A stretch of DNA of 64,000 nucleotides from Cenococcum geophilum (GCA_050273025.1 CP158636.1:6386001-6450000), one strand, 5' to 3'; counted from the first letter of the stretch, positions 37,741 through 52,924 are shown. The notes: generated by a model from the sequence alone, not told the origin. Translations and numbers: made by a program.

Positions 37741-38405
37741 GCCTCCTTGTAGGGCTGCCTACAGTAGGTTGGAACGTTCAGAATGGAAAAGACACCACTT
37801 GCAGACTGACCCACTTATTTGAGTCCAACTTCTCATTAGGAGGGTAGATGCAGCATCGGCTAAAATTGTTCTACATTTTACGGGCTGGAAGGCAAGATTT
37901 CTGTACTTTATTGTTTCAGAGCCGTGGCCACAAAATGAAACATCCCATCAGACGCGTGCATTGGAGGTATTGGGGCCCAGGGGCACTCGGCTTCATCCAG
38001 TCGATACACCTTACATACAATGATCTCGTGGAAAGCCAGCTTAGATTTGATTTATACCAATCATTCTGGCCCCATTCTTCTTTGGAGGTTGGACATACAC
38101 AGCCTTTGGCGAGCGTGGCGCTGCGATGTCCGGGACAGTTTGCTAGGTGGGTTTGGAGCCTTCTGAGCCAATCAGTCTTGTAAACCGCGATGCTCTCAAT
38201 CGGGTCATCATTGCCAAGGATTGAAGGCCTTGATATCTGCAAGTGCGGCTGAATTCTGTTTTCCTTGAAGCAGTGAAATCTTTTGTGCTGTCTTTGTTTC
38301 ATCAAGAAGAGTACCAGCCTCATTCACTTCTGATTCAATTCTTCATTTACCAAGAACTGAGGCTCTTTCTATAATCACTGTCTACCCTCGAGGGAAAGTG
38401 CTACA

Positions 38406-39093
38406 ATGATAAACCAAGAGAGAGATGAGCCCTTTCGTCCAGCTACGTCCTTCATCGAACCCCCTCTAAACTGGAACAATTTCAACACAGCTTTACCAAT
38501 GACGCTCGAAAGCCAATACCAAGAGCAGACTACACGAAACACGCAGCCGCAGGCATTAATGAACGCAACTTCACTTAGTCTAGATTTGTTCAGTCTATTG
38601 TCATCGGAGACAGTTTGGGCACTCTAGCCTATCTCGGCAGACGACGCTATTCTGGAGCTTGGATCAACGCTCGGTATTCAATCACTTGCTTTTCCCTTAG
38701 TATATAACTAATAAACAGTATAAGTGTGCTAGAAGGGTCCGAGGCTCTCAGCTATAGTCCAAGCGATACACCATGTGGATATCAACACCCACCCTAATTG
38801 GTCTCGCAGCAGTCAAATACACCAGCGTTCGATACCGACTCCTCCGCTCAATCAGTCAAACATAAACGAGATCGCATCGTCGGGTCGGTCTGTTGTCATA
38901 TCGTCGATCCAGCAAATAAAAGACAATGCAATGCGCGTCTCAGTCGAGAGTCCGATCTTAAGCGACACGTAGATAGCGTGCATGATAAAAAGAAATCATT
39001 CTCCTGTGTATTGTGCGAGAATTCTAAGTTCTCTTAAAAGGATGTTCTAAATCGACATAGGAAGTTGGTGCACGGTAGGCAAAGCAAAAGCTA
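38406..39093 (+). pseudogene. C2H2 zinc-finger protein, disrupted
   Basis: C.........CNARLSRESDLKRHVDSVH and FSCVLCENSKFS*KDVLNRHRKLVH. The stop at 39035-39037 lies inside the second finger. Confidence 0.65.
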
Positions 39094-39571
39094 AAAAGCG
39101 AGAGATCCGGCGTCACCTCCTTTAGAATGAATGATTATCCCTAAGATATACTTTCAGGTAAAGTGAAATGACGAATCCCGAAAGATACAGTGACTCGAAT
39201 TCTAACGGTGCTTCCGTTTATACGATACAGAACTATGAAGGCTGTACTTCCACCAGGCCAAATACATGATTAGATTCTCCTACTGTCCCATCCACACATT
39301 AAACAACTCTATCAAGCCATGGAACGATTTTGTCGAAGCTCAGGGCTTGCAGCCTTCACTAAAGAGTGCTTGTTTGTACAAGAGGAGCCTTAGGTCAAAC
39401 TTTGCTACAAAAACCCCATATATTGTCCATTTCTTAGATGACCTAGCATGCCAATCGCATATATAACGACCAAACATCCAGCCCAATTGAGCTAGTGAGG
39501 TCCAACTAAAATTCCCGGTTATGCAACATGGAGTCAACATGTACACAGCATTGCGATGGCAACAACCCGCC

Positions 39572-40159
39572 TCAAAGCTCATAGCCCGCATTTGTCCAGT
39601 ACTCGCGTCCATTATAAACGCTAACGTACCACTGAACAAACTCTCTGCTTGCATTTGGTACAGTATTCCAGCTAAACTGAACAGCATTCGTCTTAAGCCA
39701 CGAGAGGAGAAACTGGATATCTTGTGCATCTGTTCGCTTCTTGTCGTCCGTAGCGCGCCCGAGAATGGCCCTGCACTTTGAATTGAGAATTAAGACGGGG
39801 TGAAGTATACGGATTCCGTCAACCACCATCGTTGTTGTAGACTCATCGAATTCGCAGGGGAACAACATAGGTGGAGTTAAAATTTCGATCTCTATCGGCG
39901 GGTTGCTCATGTAGTGGGTATAAAGAGTCCTTTTCTCAACCTCGAAATATGCCTTCTGTTCTCGAAGTATATTCCGGGCATAGGTTGTTCTTCCCGTACG
40001 AACGACTAAGTCAACGTCGTTCGTAACTCACGAACTACCCAGAATCGCCAATGCAGCACCGCCGACAATCGCGTAAATTTCTTCATCAAGGAAAACGGCT
40101 ACTGCGCTAGAGGCGGCGTAAATCCGGGAATTGGGGTGATCAGGAGCTGGTGATGACAT
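39572..40159 (-). pseudogene. Nucleotidyltransferase-fold (AbiEii-like) protein with one nonsense codon
   Basis: YAIVGGAALAILGSS*VTNDVDLVV and a C-terminal K...R...K...DAQDI. TGA at 40028-40030. Confidence 0.65.
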
Positions 40160-40814
40160 TCTCGGGTTGAGTTTGGTGCAATATTGCGTAGTACTGATGG
40201 AAAATCAAGATATCTCATAAACACAAGGCTGCGGCTTTTGAGACTGAATCTGAGCGGATTGGATCCTAATTATAGGAAGCTGGGAAGAGATCGAATACTT
40301 GGCCGATAAAACGATTAGGCAATTGTGGATCGCTAAATAGGCACCAAAAGAAACGGTCACGATGGCAGCACCATTTAGGACAATATATGGCCTCAAATTC
40401 CGGTCGACACACTCCCTCAGGGACTAGTGGCTAGTAGTTCCTAAAACTTTTCTTCATTGTGCCGTAATCGCTTTTTCTCTTCCTAGGCGCTTACCGTCTT
40501 TAGCTATTTGACCGGGTCTAGTTAACCTACAGTCTCACCATATGGATTTAGGCTTTTCAATTTTTCGCTTTTTCAATTTTTCGCTTAAAATCTCACAAAA
40601 TTTAATATTTTCTTCGCTAGAGGTATTCAAAACTGTGTCGTATTATATTATCGTAGGTAATTCTCAGGATGCGCTCGAAGTCACCCGGGGTCCGGCAAAG
40701 CTCATGGACTGTAAATTCCACTGCTGTGGATTCTAAGCTTTGGGCATCTTCAGATCCTGCTTAGTTTGAGTGGAAGACTTACTCTGGTTCCATTTAAACT
40801 TCAGCTCCTCCACC

Positions 40815-41230
40815 ATGAAGCTACTCCTCCCAAGCACGATTCTCACGAGCATCCTGCTCACAGCATCTGTACACCGCTTATTCCACCCTGTAGGCATTAC
40901 CTACTAATACGATAATTCCACAGGCTTCCCTCACCCCACTATCCCTCAGCTCTACCCACTTACCCCGCGCTCTTGCTACTACCTCTGGTCTGGCATCAGC
41001 GCTCTAAATTGCCGCAGCGGACCGTCGACCTCGTTCGCGGTCAAGAAAGTATACTATCAAGAGGACTGCATCTAGATCACTCGCCGAGACCCGCACGGAC
41101 AGTGCATTGCAATCGGCGGCTCGCACTCAATCCACTGCACTTGGGACGTGACGAGCGACGGCCGTTGGGTATGGGACTAGGACATCAACACGAGGACGAA
41201 CAGCCTGGTGGCTCCTGAGTGCTTCTATAC
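40815..41230 (+). pseudogene. Small secreted SH3b-like protein with two premature stops
   Basis: Signal peptide MKLLLPSTILTSILLTAS, intron ~40869-40923, LNCRSGPSTSF.VKKVY and WD.TSDG..V.D. TAG at 41073 and 41178. Confidence 0.6.
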
Positions 41231-41786
41231 TAGTTTAGCGAAGCTGGTAGAAGGGCTTGGAGGCGGAGTTGAAGGTGAGCCTAGCGGAGTCGGCAGGGGA
41301 GTAGCACCAGCCGGCGAAGGTATGGACGGAATGGTTCCTTTTCTGGAAAATATTTTCTCGTTTCGCGGTTATTAAGACTGCGTTCTACCTCCGTACAAGT
41401 CAAGTTTGTTTACTAAGGAGCTCTTGTCATGCCGCTCCAAACACCGCGTGAGAACCAATGCTTGTCCAAAATGCTTTCCTCCCTGGGCCCAAGTCTTTTA
41501 CCCCCGCCAGAATTGAACATGCCCCGCCCAACATGTATCTGAGATGACGTAGAATAGGAGAGAGGAATACCGTTGACAAGTCTATCATGATAGAATGAAA
41601 GAAACGAAGACACACATGAACATCAGAACCATGAGCGAAGCCATGATGTTTGACGAAGGAGAGATGAGAAGGATTGGGATTTTATATGCTTGATTTATGG
41701 TGCCATGCCCTTAGGCATAAGGTAGAGATGCATGCAAAGTATAATTTCATGTAATTCAGGGTCGGTGATAGGAAGTAGACTTGAAT

Positions 41787-43787
41787 CTACATCTCCTTCC
41801 GTAACTCTGTAACTCGCTTGAATAGTTCTTCGGCGTTAGGCGCTTTCATCTATTGGAAGTAATTAGTCAGCAAATGCCTAGGATAAAACGTTGAAAGGGA
41901 ATAATTACATACCCTAAGCAGCAACATTTCGTGAGCCCGCTCCTTATCCAAGGACCCAAGGAAGTACACCATGCCGGCAGTTGGCTTCTCGCCCTTGGGA
42001 TCCCCGACTTTAAGATCTCTATGGATTGGCGAGTTGAGCACAACGCGGTGTGAACCTTCCGCTCTCATAATGAATCTGGCCTTTTTAGGAGTGTTCGATT
42101 CTTCCTCTTCGTATGTTCGTTTGCGGGTGTTGAGTTTCAGATTCCCGACACCACGCTCCTTCCACCCGTCGCCTTTAATGAAACTGAATAGCTTAGCGCG
42201 AGCTGTAAAAAGAGTCTCTTCATCCTCCTCGCCCGTTTCCACTGCGAGGGGTCAGCATGAGATGCAGTTGGAAGAGGGAGAATGCATTTACCTTCTTGCT
42301 CATAAAAGCGCTTATCTTTCCTGACTTCCTCGATTTGCTGAGCCTTGGCGTCCCCTTCCTCGTGATCCTCGCTCCCTGATCCGTCTTCTTCGTCTTCGTC
42401 CTCTGCGGCTCCAAAAGGTTTAGCAGGTTTGTCGCTTAGCCCTGTTATACCTGAGACACCAGACGCCGCGAAGCTGGATATTCCGCCTTTTGCAAGACCC
42501 CCGAATCCACCGCCAAAACTGCCACCAAAGGTCCCTCCAAAGCCTGTCTTGCTACCTCCAAGCCCACCAGTGCTTGAATTGCCGAAAACAGATTTTCCTG
42601 ATGATGAGAAAGCCGCAAAGCCACCTTCTGATGGTTTTGTTTTAGGCGGGCCTCCAAAGATAGGAGGAGTAGATTTGATGCTAGAGGCCTGTGAGCCGAA
42701 TGGTGAGGGTGACTTTGAGCCACCAAGAGCACCCAGTGCGGAGGGCTGAGAAGCAAATGCTCCAAATCCAGAGGCTTTAAAGGCCGACGAAGATGTCTGT
42801 GGCAGGGCATTCGGTGACTTGCTGCCAGATAGGGCAGCGAAGGGAGATTGTGCTGAGGAGTTTGAGAAGCCACTTCCTGGGGGAATCTAGTGAAACACTT
42901 AGTCTGCAGAATAATAATACAGCACGTCGTTGAAAACTAACCTTTGTTTGCCCGGGCTTTTCTTCTTCTCCTCCGGATAGTCTGGGACTGTTACTGTCTC
43001 TATGTCGCTTCGGGCTTCGTTCTTCCTTAGATGCTCCAGGGGGTGCAGTGTTGCTGTTGGCTTTCTCGGCCCTAGGCATCTTGTTGGCCTCTCCTGCCAG
43101 CGAGGAGATTTCCTTGTCCTGTCCTTGAAGATACTCGTCCCGACTGCGCTTGTTCTTAGGACTAATTACCATACCTTCTTCCTTGCTCGTCGAATCAGAT
43201 CCTGTAGGAGTAGTAGGGCTCTTTGTGTCCATTTCCTGGGACAATATCGAATCGTCTACTCCGTTCGATTCTGTTGACTTCATCGGCTCGTCTCCACGCT
43301 CGTCGATCCTGGGTACGGAGCTTTCACCAGAAGACTTTCTGATCCTGGAGTCAGGACCGGAGTGGGGTGAGCTGATATCTCGAGATTTCTTGCGCGTATG
43401 CCTCTCCGGTTTGTCGGCAGGCTTTTCTTCACTGTGATCACCTTCGAAATCCTCAAAGCTCCGCTTCCGACGCAATCGTCCGCGATCACTCTCGGAGTTC
43501 GACTGACTGTCTTCTTCTAGCCTGGGCGCTTCATCCTCGGTGGCCTTTCCATGATTTGGAGCATCGCCCATGGGGTGGTCCGAAGCTGAAGGGCCATCCC
43601 CAGGAAGAGCCGCTATGGTAGTCTTCTTCAGCTGTTCTCTGACGGGTCTCTCTCCACACTCTGTATCGCTGTTGGTTGCAGAAAGCGCACTTAGAGAGGT
43701 CGAAGATGCTGCTCGTGTGTGTATAGGGGACTCATTTGCCTCCGCGGAAGCCTGTGGTGATTCATGGCGCGGTGTTGAGCGCGCCAT
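41787..43787 (-). CDS. RanBP1-domain nuclear pore/export factor (NUP56/Yrb2/Hba1-like), multi-exon
   Basis: ERPVREQLKKT N-terminal motif, FG-rich middle, and a RanBD (ETGEEDEETLFTARAKLF..WKERGVGNLKLN..RFIMRAEGSHRVVLN). Three GT-AG introns at ~42887-42941, ~42245-42291 and ~41850-41911. Confidence 0.85.
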
Positions 43788-44800
43788 TTTATCAAAACAG
43801 TGCTGTGTGGTTTGCGGATGTTGTCTAAACTGGAGTCCAAGTGATTATATGGTCGGGTTTTATCCAAAAGGCGAAGTGGAAGGGAATATGGTCTGGAGAT
43901 GCGAACCCGGTAGTGAGTGGCGATGTCGTGCGAGCTTGAGCTGTCGGCGGGTAAGATCGAGGGTTGGAGCAAGGTTTCTGTCCGAAAATACATGTATTAG
44001 CATGAAAACCAATTCACGGCCTAAAGATGGATGCAGAATGCCCTACCACGAATATAAGCCTCGGATTGCGCTCATGAAATGCGATAAGCGTCTTCCTGGT
44101 CGCGAAGATGACGGCTACAGCTCAAAGTGATCGTCGGCAGCGTCCCGAAGCTTCGGAACTCAGGCAGTGGCTCGAGCCAGTGCAAGAAGTTGTATCGAAC
44201 ACGAGAAGAGGTGTTGGAGGCGAGGACGGAGGTCAAAGCAACAGTCTCTCTTCGCTTTGCTGGCAGCAGAAACCCTGCAGCGGCCGAGTCGCGGCCTCAA
44301 GGGCTCCAATTTAGTTGACGTGGGACTCGAATTTCAACAGGTTGTGCAATCACGCGAAGACGTGGGCACGTAAGGAGGGGAATCGCGTGTTCAGGCTCTG
44401 AATGGTTGTTGGTGGCTATGACTTGGCGCCTGCGAGTGAGGATTGTGAGGGGACTTGGATAGACCAATGCCGTAATACGCAGTGGGGAACTTTGCGGCTA
44501 AAATTCACTGTGACAGAGGCCGCCGTAATGCGCAAATCGTCCACCATCAAAGTGCCCGTTTTCAGGATCGACGCGATCCGCCGCTGTTTGCTTGTAGATG
44601 TAGGTCACCAAGTCGGCCGTGTTAAAAATCGAAATTACCAAATTATCCAGACCCATTTGATTGCGCCAAGGCCTTCAGCTGAAAAGTTGACAGCTAGGCA
44701 AGCCCCCATAACGCCCAATAAGAATACAAAGCCTCTGGGTATCCCATAGACAGCTGTCGTGGAAAATGATCCTGATAATGCATTTTCAAAAAAGTCGAGT

Positions 44801-45850
44801 CTAGCTTATGAAACACAAACATCCGAGCGCAATATAAAACACAAATAGTGGGTAAACAGCGATCCCTACTCGGTTCCTAACAACACCGGAGCCGCCTAGG
44901 ATACTTATTCCTGCAGCCAATGACCATGCTACCAGCACGATGTAGATCGGTATCCTAGGAATAGGGTGAAGACCAACCGCGCTCAGCAACGACGCGATGA
45001 CCAAGGGGAACAAGGTATAGCCGATGATGCAAACAGATTGGAAGAAAGATCTGTTTTATGATTAGCATAAAACTCCAGCGATAGTTTTGAGAAGGAACGC
45101 TTACATGTTTCCACCCAAGAGCTTGATTTGCATTGTCACTACGGCCTCTCCGATCCACACCATCGCAAATACTCCAGAGAAGACCAGTGATTTCTGTGAA
45201 TCCTTTGCACCCCTTGATAAGAAAAGGCTCAGGAGGAGGCAGAAAACTAGAGGTCCCCTATCCGGTCGTTAGCCATGTTTAGTTAGCAAATAATTATGGA
45301 CCCATACCAAAGATCCCAGTCCCGCAGTCCTTCGCTCATCCCTCCTTGTAGAATGACATCTGCATCTGGCCATCGTCCCGCTATACCCCTGACGCCATCC
45401 CCAAACCCATCTGCTTCTCCTCGTTCCGCTGCTCCCATACCTCCACCCCTGGCCATCATTCCACCAAGTAGGTATTTTGGATAGAGTACCTGCTTCATCT
45501 TTTCCCAGATAGCTAATAAATCCCTCGATAGTGTCTCCCATACTGTTTCGTCGATGGTGTTTGTAGGCGCACGGCGGTCTTCTCCAGGAATTGACGAGGT
45601 TAGGTAGGATTGCGCATTCGGATTACTTGATCGAGATTGAATATTGCCTGTTAATGGAGCACGGTCGGAGTGAGGCTGTAGAGGGTCATCGAGATCATCT
45701 AGTGTAGCTACCGATATAATTAGTTACGTGTGAGATGAAACTTTCTCCAGGCAGCTCTTTACCATCATCTGGATCGATAAGGTCCCGCTCGACTGCATCG
45801 GTGTCGTATGGATCATATGGATTGTGAGAAGTTGAAGAGCTCGGTAGCAT
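44801..45850 (-). CDS. YIP4: Yip1-domain Golgi membrane protein (YIP4-like), multi-exon
   Basis: NTIDETVW.TLSRD, LRDWDLWGPL.FCL, LLGGNISFFQSVCIIGYTLFPL, AVYPLFVFY. Confidence 0.85.
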
Positions 45851-46123
45851 TGCTGCTATGGTTGCAAGGACAACTGAAGATGCTGTGGTGGTTTGTATAT
45901 CACACTAATGAAGATCAACGTATTGCTGGCTCGGAGCTGTTCTGCAACGCGGCCTCTGCTCGGGCCGCTCTGATCCGATTATTAAGGTTCAGCCACTAGT
46001 TTTGAAAAAGCTTGTATTTTAGTGTGCGTCACTGTTCAACTGTTTCTTCAATTCGTCCGTCTAGAGATTTTCTAGGTAGTGAACTTCCATTTCGAAGGTC
46101 CTTGGGCGAATAATTATTTCAGT

Positions 46124-47518
<1,395 letters not shown>

Positions 47519-47752
47519 TCTCAGATTGTAGTTGTAGAAAGATTCGTGAAAATCACCTTGGTATAGAACTTTTTGATTCCCACTAATGCATCCGTGACAT
47601 GACCTCTTTTCGTGCATTGACAACCAATTGTTCATATATCCATCCACATTACCGTCTCTAAAAGCCCGAACCAAGATTTACCACGTTCTCTTTCGGCTCC
47701 CGATCTTCTTACAAGATCCCCACTAATCCACTCCACCGTCTTCTCCACTTTC

Positions 47753-48252
47753 TCAAGACATATACCATCCCCACTGCAAATACATCCATACCAGGCTCCC
47801 CGTCGACACTGCTACCGGTCCCGCAAGCCCCTTCCCCCACCTCGCGGTACCAAAATACAGCCACTCGCTGACGAAATGCCCAAACGCGACCACGTATGTC
47901 CACAGCGCAAGCTGATATACAGCCGGGTTGTCAATATAGTAGGCAGCATAGAGCCTGATTACCGAGGAGAGAAAAGTCCAAGTGCCGAAGGTACGCGCAC
48001 TGAGCGCAGTGACGGGGTTCAAGGGTGTGTTGGAGCCGGGAAAGATGGCACTGCCGGAGTAGACGCGTGCCGTGTAGTGAAGGGTGTTGTAAGCTTGGAT
48101 GCTGTTACCAATTGATATGACGGAGACCTTAGTGGGTTGTTAGTGGGATGTTTGGAGGCTGGTGGGCGGGTAGGGGTAAGTACTAGGAGCAGCCATTTGG
48201 GAAGTAGACCCTCGTGGGGCGGGAGATAATATGTTAGAAATTCCATTGGCAT
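47753..48252 (-). CDS. ERG28: Ergosterol biosynthesis scaffold protein Erg28, one intron
   Basis: GLLPKWLLL|VSVISIGNSIQAY, VTALSARTFGTWT..IRLYAAY, HFVSEWLYFGT. Confidence 0.92.
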
Positions 48253-49028
48253 TTTTGGCACAGGATTAAGGCGAGGGTGACAGTAAGAACCTGAGAGCGA
48301 CGGAGTTGTGGCACCTCGGATGGTCTTTCAATTGTTCGAGGAGATGCGCGAGTCAAGTTGCTTTTGTCCCTGCATCTGAGCCCGACCACTTGCATCAACA
48401 CTGACAACATCGCTAAACTTAGAATAACTCATAACAATTTAGGACCACGTCGATTTTCAAACTTTGTTGATTAGCAGCCTCACAATCGCTTCTCATGTGA
48501 TCGTACTATTGAAGAAGTCAAAGGGAAGTTCAAGGTTATGTCAAACGTGGAGATTACCCCCGTAAGGGGAGCATTATCTCACAATTTTCGGTTAGTAAAT
48601 GAGCATTTCCTGAAGCTCACTAATATCTATTTTATTTTAGATTTCGTCTCTTGGATGCTTTTATTGCAACAAGTTAGCAACCTTCTCCAATCGTAGTATG
48701 AAGGGCTGGATAAAAGTCTTCATTGGATTATCATTGCTTTCATAAAGGATGAGTCTATGCCACAGAAACTTCCATCGTCATGAAACCAGTCCAATTACCT
48801 GCGCGCCCACTGCAATTTATCTCACGCTACATGAATGTTGCCCATCGTACCATTGAAAACATCTGTGTCACGCGAGAATGACAAGACAGAGCTAAGGTTC
48901 TGGAGCTCTAAAATCTCTCCGCATATCTCTCGTTGTATTTTTGGCCATATCTTACATGCATAAATGCATCCTATATATGTTGTAACCTAATCCATTTCTA
49001 TTCTATTCTATCCTCTAATGCATAGCCC

Positions 49029-49870
49029 CTACTGTCCTATTAAACCTGCAACAATTCTCACAATTGGCGGAACTGACGTCAATGCTATAGTCACCGTGCC
49101 GAAAAGACTCATGGATAGACTCGAGAACGCGACCGCGCGAGGGCCTGAGACGAGTAGGAGGGCAGTAGCCATGGCAGAGGAGTTTGCACCTAGAGTAACT
49201 CCGCGGGTTATGTAGTCATCTATTCTTTTCATATATTAGCGCTTGCTACGAAGATACTAAGGTTTCCTTTTTACGAATTGATTTATCCATTTCCTTAGGG
49301 ACTGGAATATAAGATATGCTTCAGTGCTTCGGGTATTTTTATCCACTTTAGCATTGTGGGTCCGAAGAGGATACCTAATATTCCACTGACAATGCACAGT
49401 ACCGCAACAAGACTGAGATCGCCGCCAAGGTTGGCTGTGGCAGGTTGCACGAGCGCGAAATGAGGCTATGGCTAACAAATGAGAGGCCCTTGGAAGGTGC
49501 GATGCCGACGGCATGACAGAGGAAGGAGTAGCCGAAGAGGGATGCTATGGAGAGAAAAATATTTGGGAGAATTATGAGCAGGAACTGCGATATGACAGGT
49601 GTAAGTGGCCATTGGCTGTAATCCAGGGGAATAGAAGTGGAGAGGTATTAAGAAAATGGGAACATACGTGCCGCCGAAGTTCATGCCGATACTGAAACAT
49701 GGATAGTGCGAGTGCAACGATGCTTACATCTAAAACACTGCTAAAGAGATCACCAACTCCTAGATTTGAGACCCTTTGGCCTTGCCATAGTTAGGTATAT
49801 TCAGTTCCTATTTTGTAAGCATGCAATGCGTTGCTGAGGCTGTTCCCACGAATCAATGCAAATATCCATA
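49029..49870 (-). pseudogene. LrgB-like membrane protein, 5' part removed or separated by Copia
   Basis: LDVSIVALAL.MF.YR.EL, ANLGGDLSLVAV..SGILG, DDYITRGVTLGANSSAMATA. In-frame TAA at 49791-49793 and a frameshift near 49460. Confidence 0.75.
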
Positions 49871-49872
49871 CG

Positions 49873-52800
49873 TGTCGACCTGAATCGAAGTTCCTTACTA
49901 CCATCGTAATACTGTCTGACGACCTAGATCGTCTATACGAACTATGTCTCAGTTGTCTCGTATCTTGAGCTCGTATGTCTCATTGAACGTCTCATTACCT
50001 GTTTCTCTTAACTATGACCTACTACATGACGACGTCGTCGTCATTGTATTTGGACCTACCTGATGTATATAAGAGAGCTTCTAGAGCCCTCTTTAATAAA
50101 CAGAGTTCTCATTCCTAATCATCCGTTCAACAGTTATAAGCCCGGGCCGTTTATTATATTATCTTTAATTCCAAAGCCTTTATTCCTATTAATTTTAATT
50201 ATTATTTTAATTATAGATAACTACCTACAATAACTTCTTAATAAGAAACCCCTCCCGTTATTATATTATTTGTTATCCTTATAAGCCCAAACAATTGGGA
50301 CGAATAGATTAAGGTTATTAAGTTAAAAGCGAATAATAATCGTCTCTAGAAGTATATTAACCCATTAATACCTAAGACCGATCTGCTATAGCTTAAAGAA
50401 CCTATTTATGCCTTACCCAAGGATACTAATAGCTGGGGGAAGATAAAGCTCGCGGACCTAGATAAGGAGGAGAAGGAGGAGCTCTATACGCTTAAAGCCG
50501 ACTATAGGGACAATATAAAGCTATATAGAAAACAGCTGTTAGCTCTTAATACGTTGCGCAGCTATATCCTAAGCTTTATCTTATATACCTACCTTATCTA
50601 CACGTTTAAATGCACCACTACCTATAACGTCTTAGTATCTCTTAAGAAGAGAATTACTCCAACTAACCACGCCCGAAAGCTTTAAATAGCCACTTAATAT
50701 ATAAGGCTTAAGAAGGCGCCTTAGAACCAGAACTTTAAGATCTAGTTATAAGAGTGGGAGAAGGTATATACTAAGTATAAGGAGCAAGCTCTACCTAAGG
50801 TAGATAGTAATTATTTAGTAAAAAACTTTACATACGTAGTTAAATTAATTACACTAAGCTAGTTAGAATATTGGAAGAACGAGCTTAATAAGCGTAAGTA
50901 AGAGAAGAAGACGCTTCCTACTTTCTTTAAACTGGTTAAAATATACCAAAACCACCGTTATATAGACCTCGCCTAGAAGGGCAAAACCTTATAAGGAGGA
51001 TTATTTAGAGTCACCTTTAAAGACGAGTTACTAAATTTAAAGCCTAAATTAAAGCCTTAATCGTTAGCAGATAAGCAGAAGAAGGAAAGGTAACCGCCGC
51101 TAGAGTACCTATACGGAAAACGTTACTACTTTAATAAGTGCTAGTACATTATAGAGTTAATTCCTTACCCATCGTGGTTTAAACTAAGTAATAAAATTTA
51201 AAAGAAGGTAGATAAGAAGATTGCTAATATAACGCCTAAAATTAAGGCTTATATTAAGCAAATTAAAAAGGATAATTAAGCCAATAAGAAGGACGATTGA
51301 GCTAATAAAAAGCCAAAGGATGGTAACTAGTAGAGCTCTTAAGAGCCCCACGGAAACTTTACAGTTTATTATATAGGAGCCTATAATATAGCTTCCGACT
51401 ACAAGCTTTGCAATAGTATAATTCTTAACTTAGGAACTAGCCTATATGTCTTTAACAATAGAGCCAGATTTATTAGCGATATTAAGCCTATATTAGAACG
51501 CGTCTACACGGGCTTATATATAGAAGAAATTGTAGGCTATAGTATAGCTATAGTTATAATAGATAACCCTAAAGGGAAGAGATAGATACGGCTCTTAGGA
51601 GCAGCCTTTATACTAGGCTTCTATACTAACTTAGTATATCTTAATAAGCTTAATAATAAGGGAGTCTACTAGAATAATAAAGAGAACACTTTTATTTATA
51701 GCGACAACGAGATATACGCCTACTATAGCCGCCACTATAGTTAAAACACTATCGAATATAATAAGCCAAAAAGTAACTTACCTAAGGCTTTATTTGCGAC
51801 TTAATTAAAGCTAATAAAGCATTTATTAAAGCCTCTGCTAAATTAGGCAAAAGGCTATATATAATACTAGTAATTAGGCTATATAGGAAAAGACGTAATT
51901 AAGTAACTACTTTAGTTAGTAACAGGCGCGATTATAAAAGGCCTAACGACGGTAGAATGTAAATTATGTAGAGTAAGCAAAGCTTATAAGGTGGTATCTA
52001 GAAAACCTCTAACTTAGTTACTAGTTCCTTTCTATAAAATCTACTTTAATTTAATACCCGGAATAGTCGCATTTAATGGCGATAAGTACGCGGTATACTT
52101 CCTTAACGACGCGACGTGAATAAATAAGGTAGAGATAATGGCTAAGAAGTCGTCCCTCACCCAAATTGTTATTAAATATTATAATGTTATTAAATAACGA
52201 TATGGCTTTAAGGTAGCCATTATCTATATAGATAAAGAGACGTCTTTTATAGGCGAATTTAAGGAATAGGTAGCTAAACAAGGAATTAGTCTTAAAAGAT
52301 TAGTACCTAATACTTAATTATAGAACGGTCTAGCGGAACGATCTAGGGGGGTAATTATATAGAAGGCTTGGTGTATAAGAATTAAGGCCTATTTACTAAA
52401 AAAGCTATATCCTAAAGTTTATAAAGTAGCTACCTATCTACTTAATTAAACGCCTAGTAGAAGACTCGGGTGGTAAATACCTTTTAAAAGAATCTAGTCA
52501 GCTATAGGTATATTACCACTAAAACTAAATATAGGCCACCTATAAGTCTATGGCTATAGGGCCTACCCTCTTAAATATAATATTTTATGCCTAAATAAGC
52601 TTGCGCTAAGGGCCTATATAGGATATCTAGTAAGGTACAATTTAATAAATATATTCCAAATCTATATTCTAAATTAGAAAAAGGTTATTAGAATAAGAGA
52701 TATAAAGTTTAATAAGCGGTTGCTTTATAATAACTTACAGCCAAATCTAGCAAATGTACTCTAAGTCAGAACTAACTAAATATTGGAAATTATTAATATC

Positions 52801-52924
52801 TATTAAATATAGGATCTCTAAAACAAATTAAAATCATTATCTAATAAAAGTAATAAGACTTAAGATAAGATTCGAGTTAACACTAAAGAGAGACAATAGG
52901 TGGAATTTAGTAGAATTTAGAAAG
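49873..52924 (+). mobile_element. Ty1/Copia retrotransposon, 5' half, RIPed
   Basis: LTR ~49873-50132 ends ttcaaca, followed by PBS gttataagccc (=(G)GTTATGAGCCC, half-tRNAiMet type). Gag, protease ILDSG..HVFND (~51420), HHCC (~51860-51980) and integrase QNG.AER (~52320). Cut by Gypsy-B copy 3. LTR start is uncertain. Confidence 0.88.

Noticed and set aside
37848..38323. Overlapping 111-aa and 135-aa ORFs
   Set aside because: No recognisable domain, so neither can be supported as a gene.
41971..44749. Plus-strand ORFs 41971-44749 in the ORF track
   Set aside because: These are antisense shadows of the RanBD gene or lack recognisable motifs in the intergenic region.
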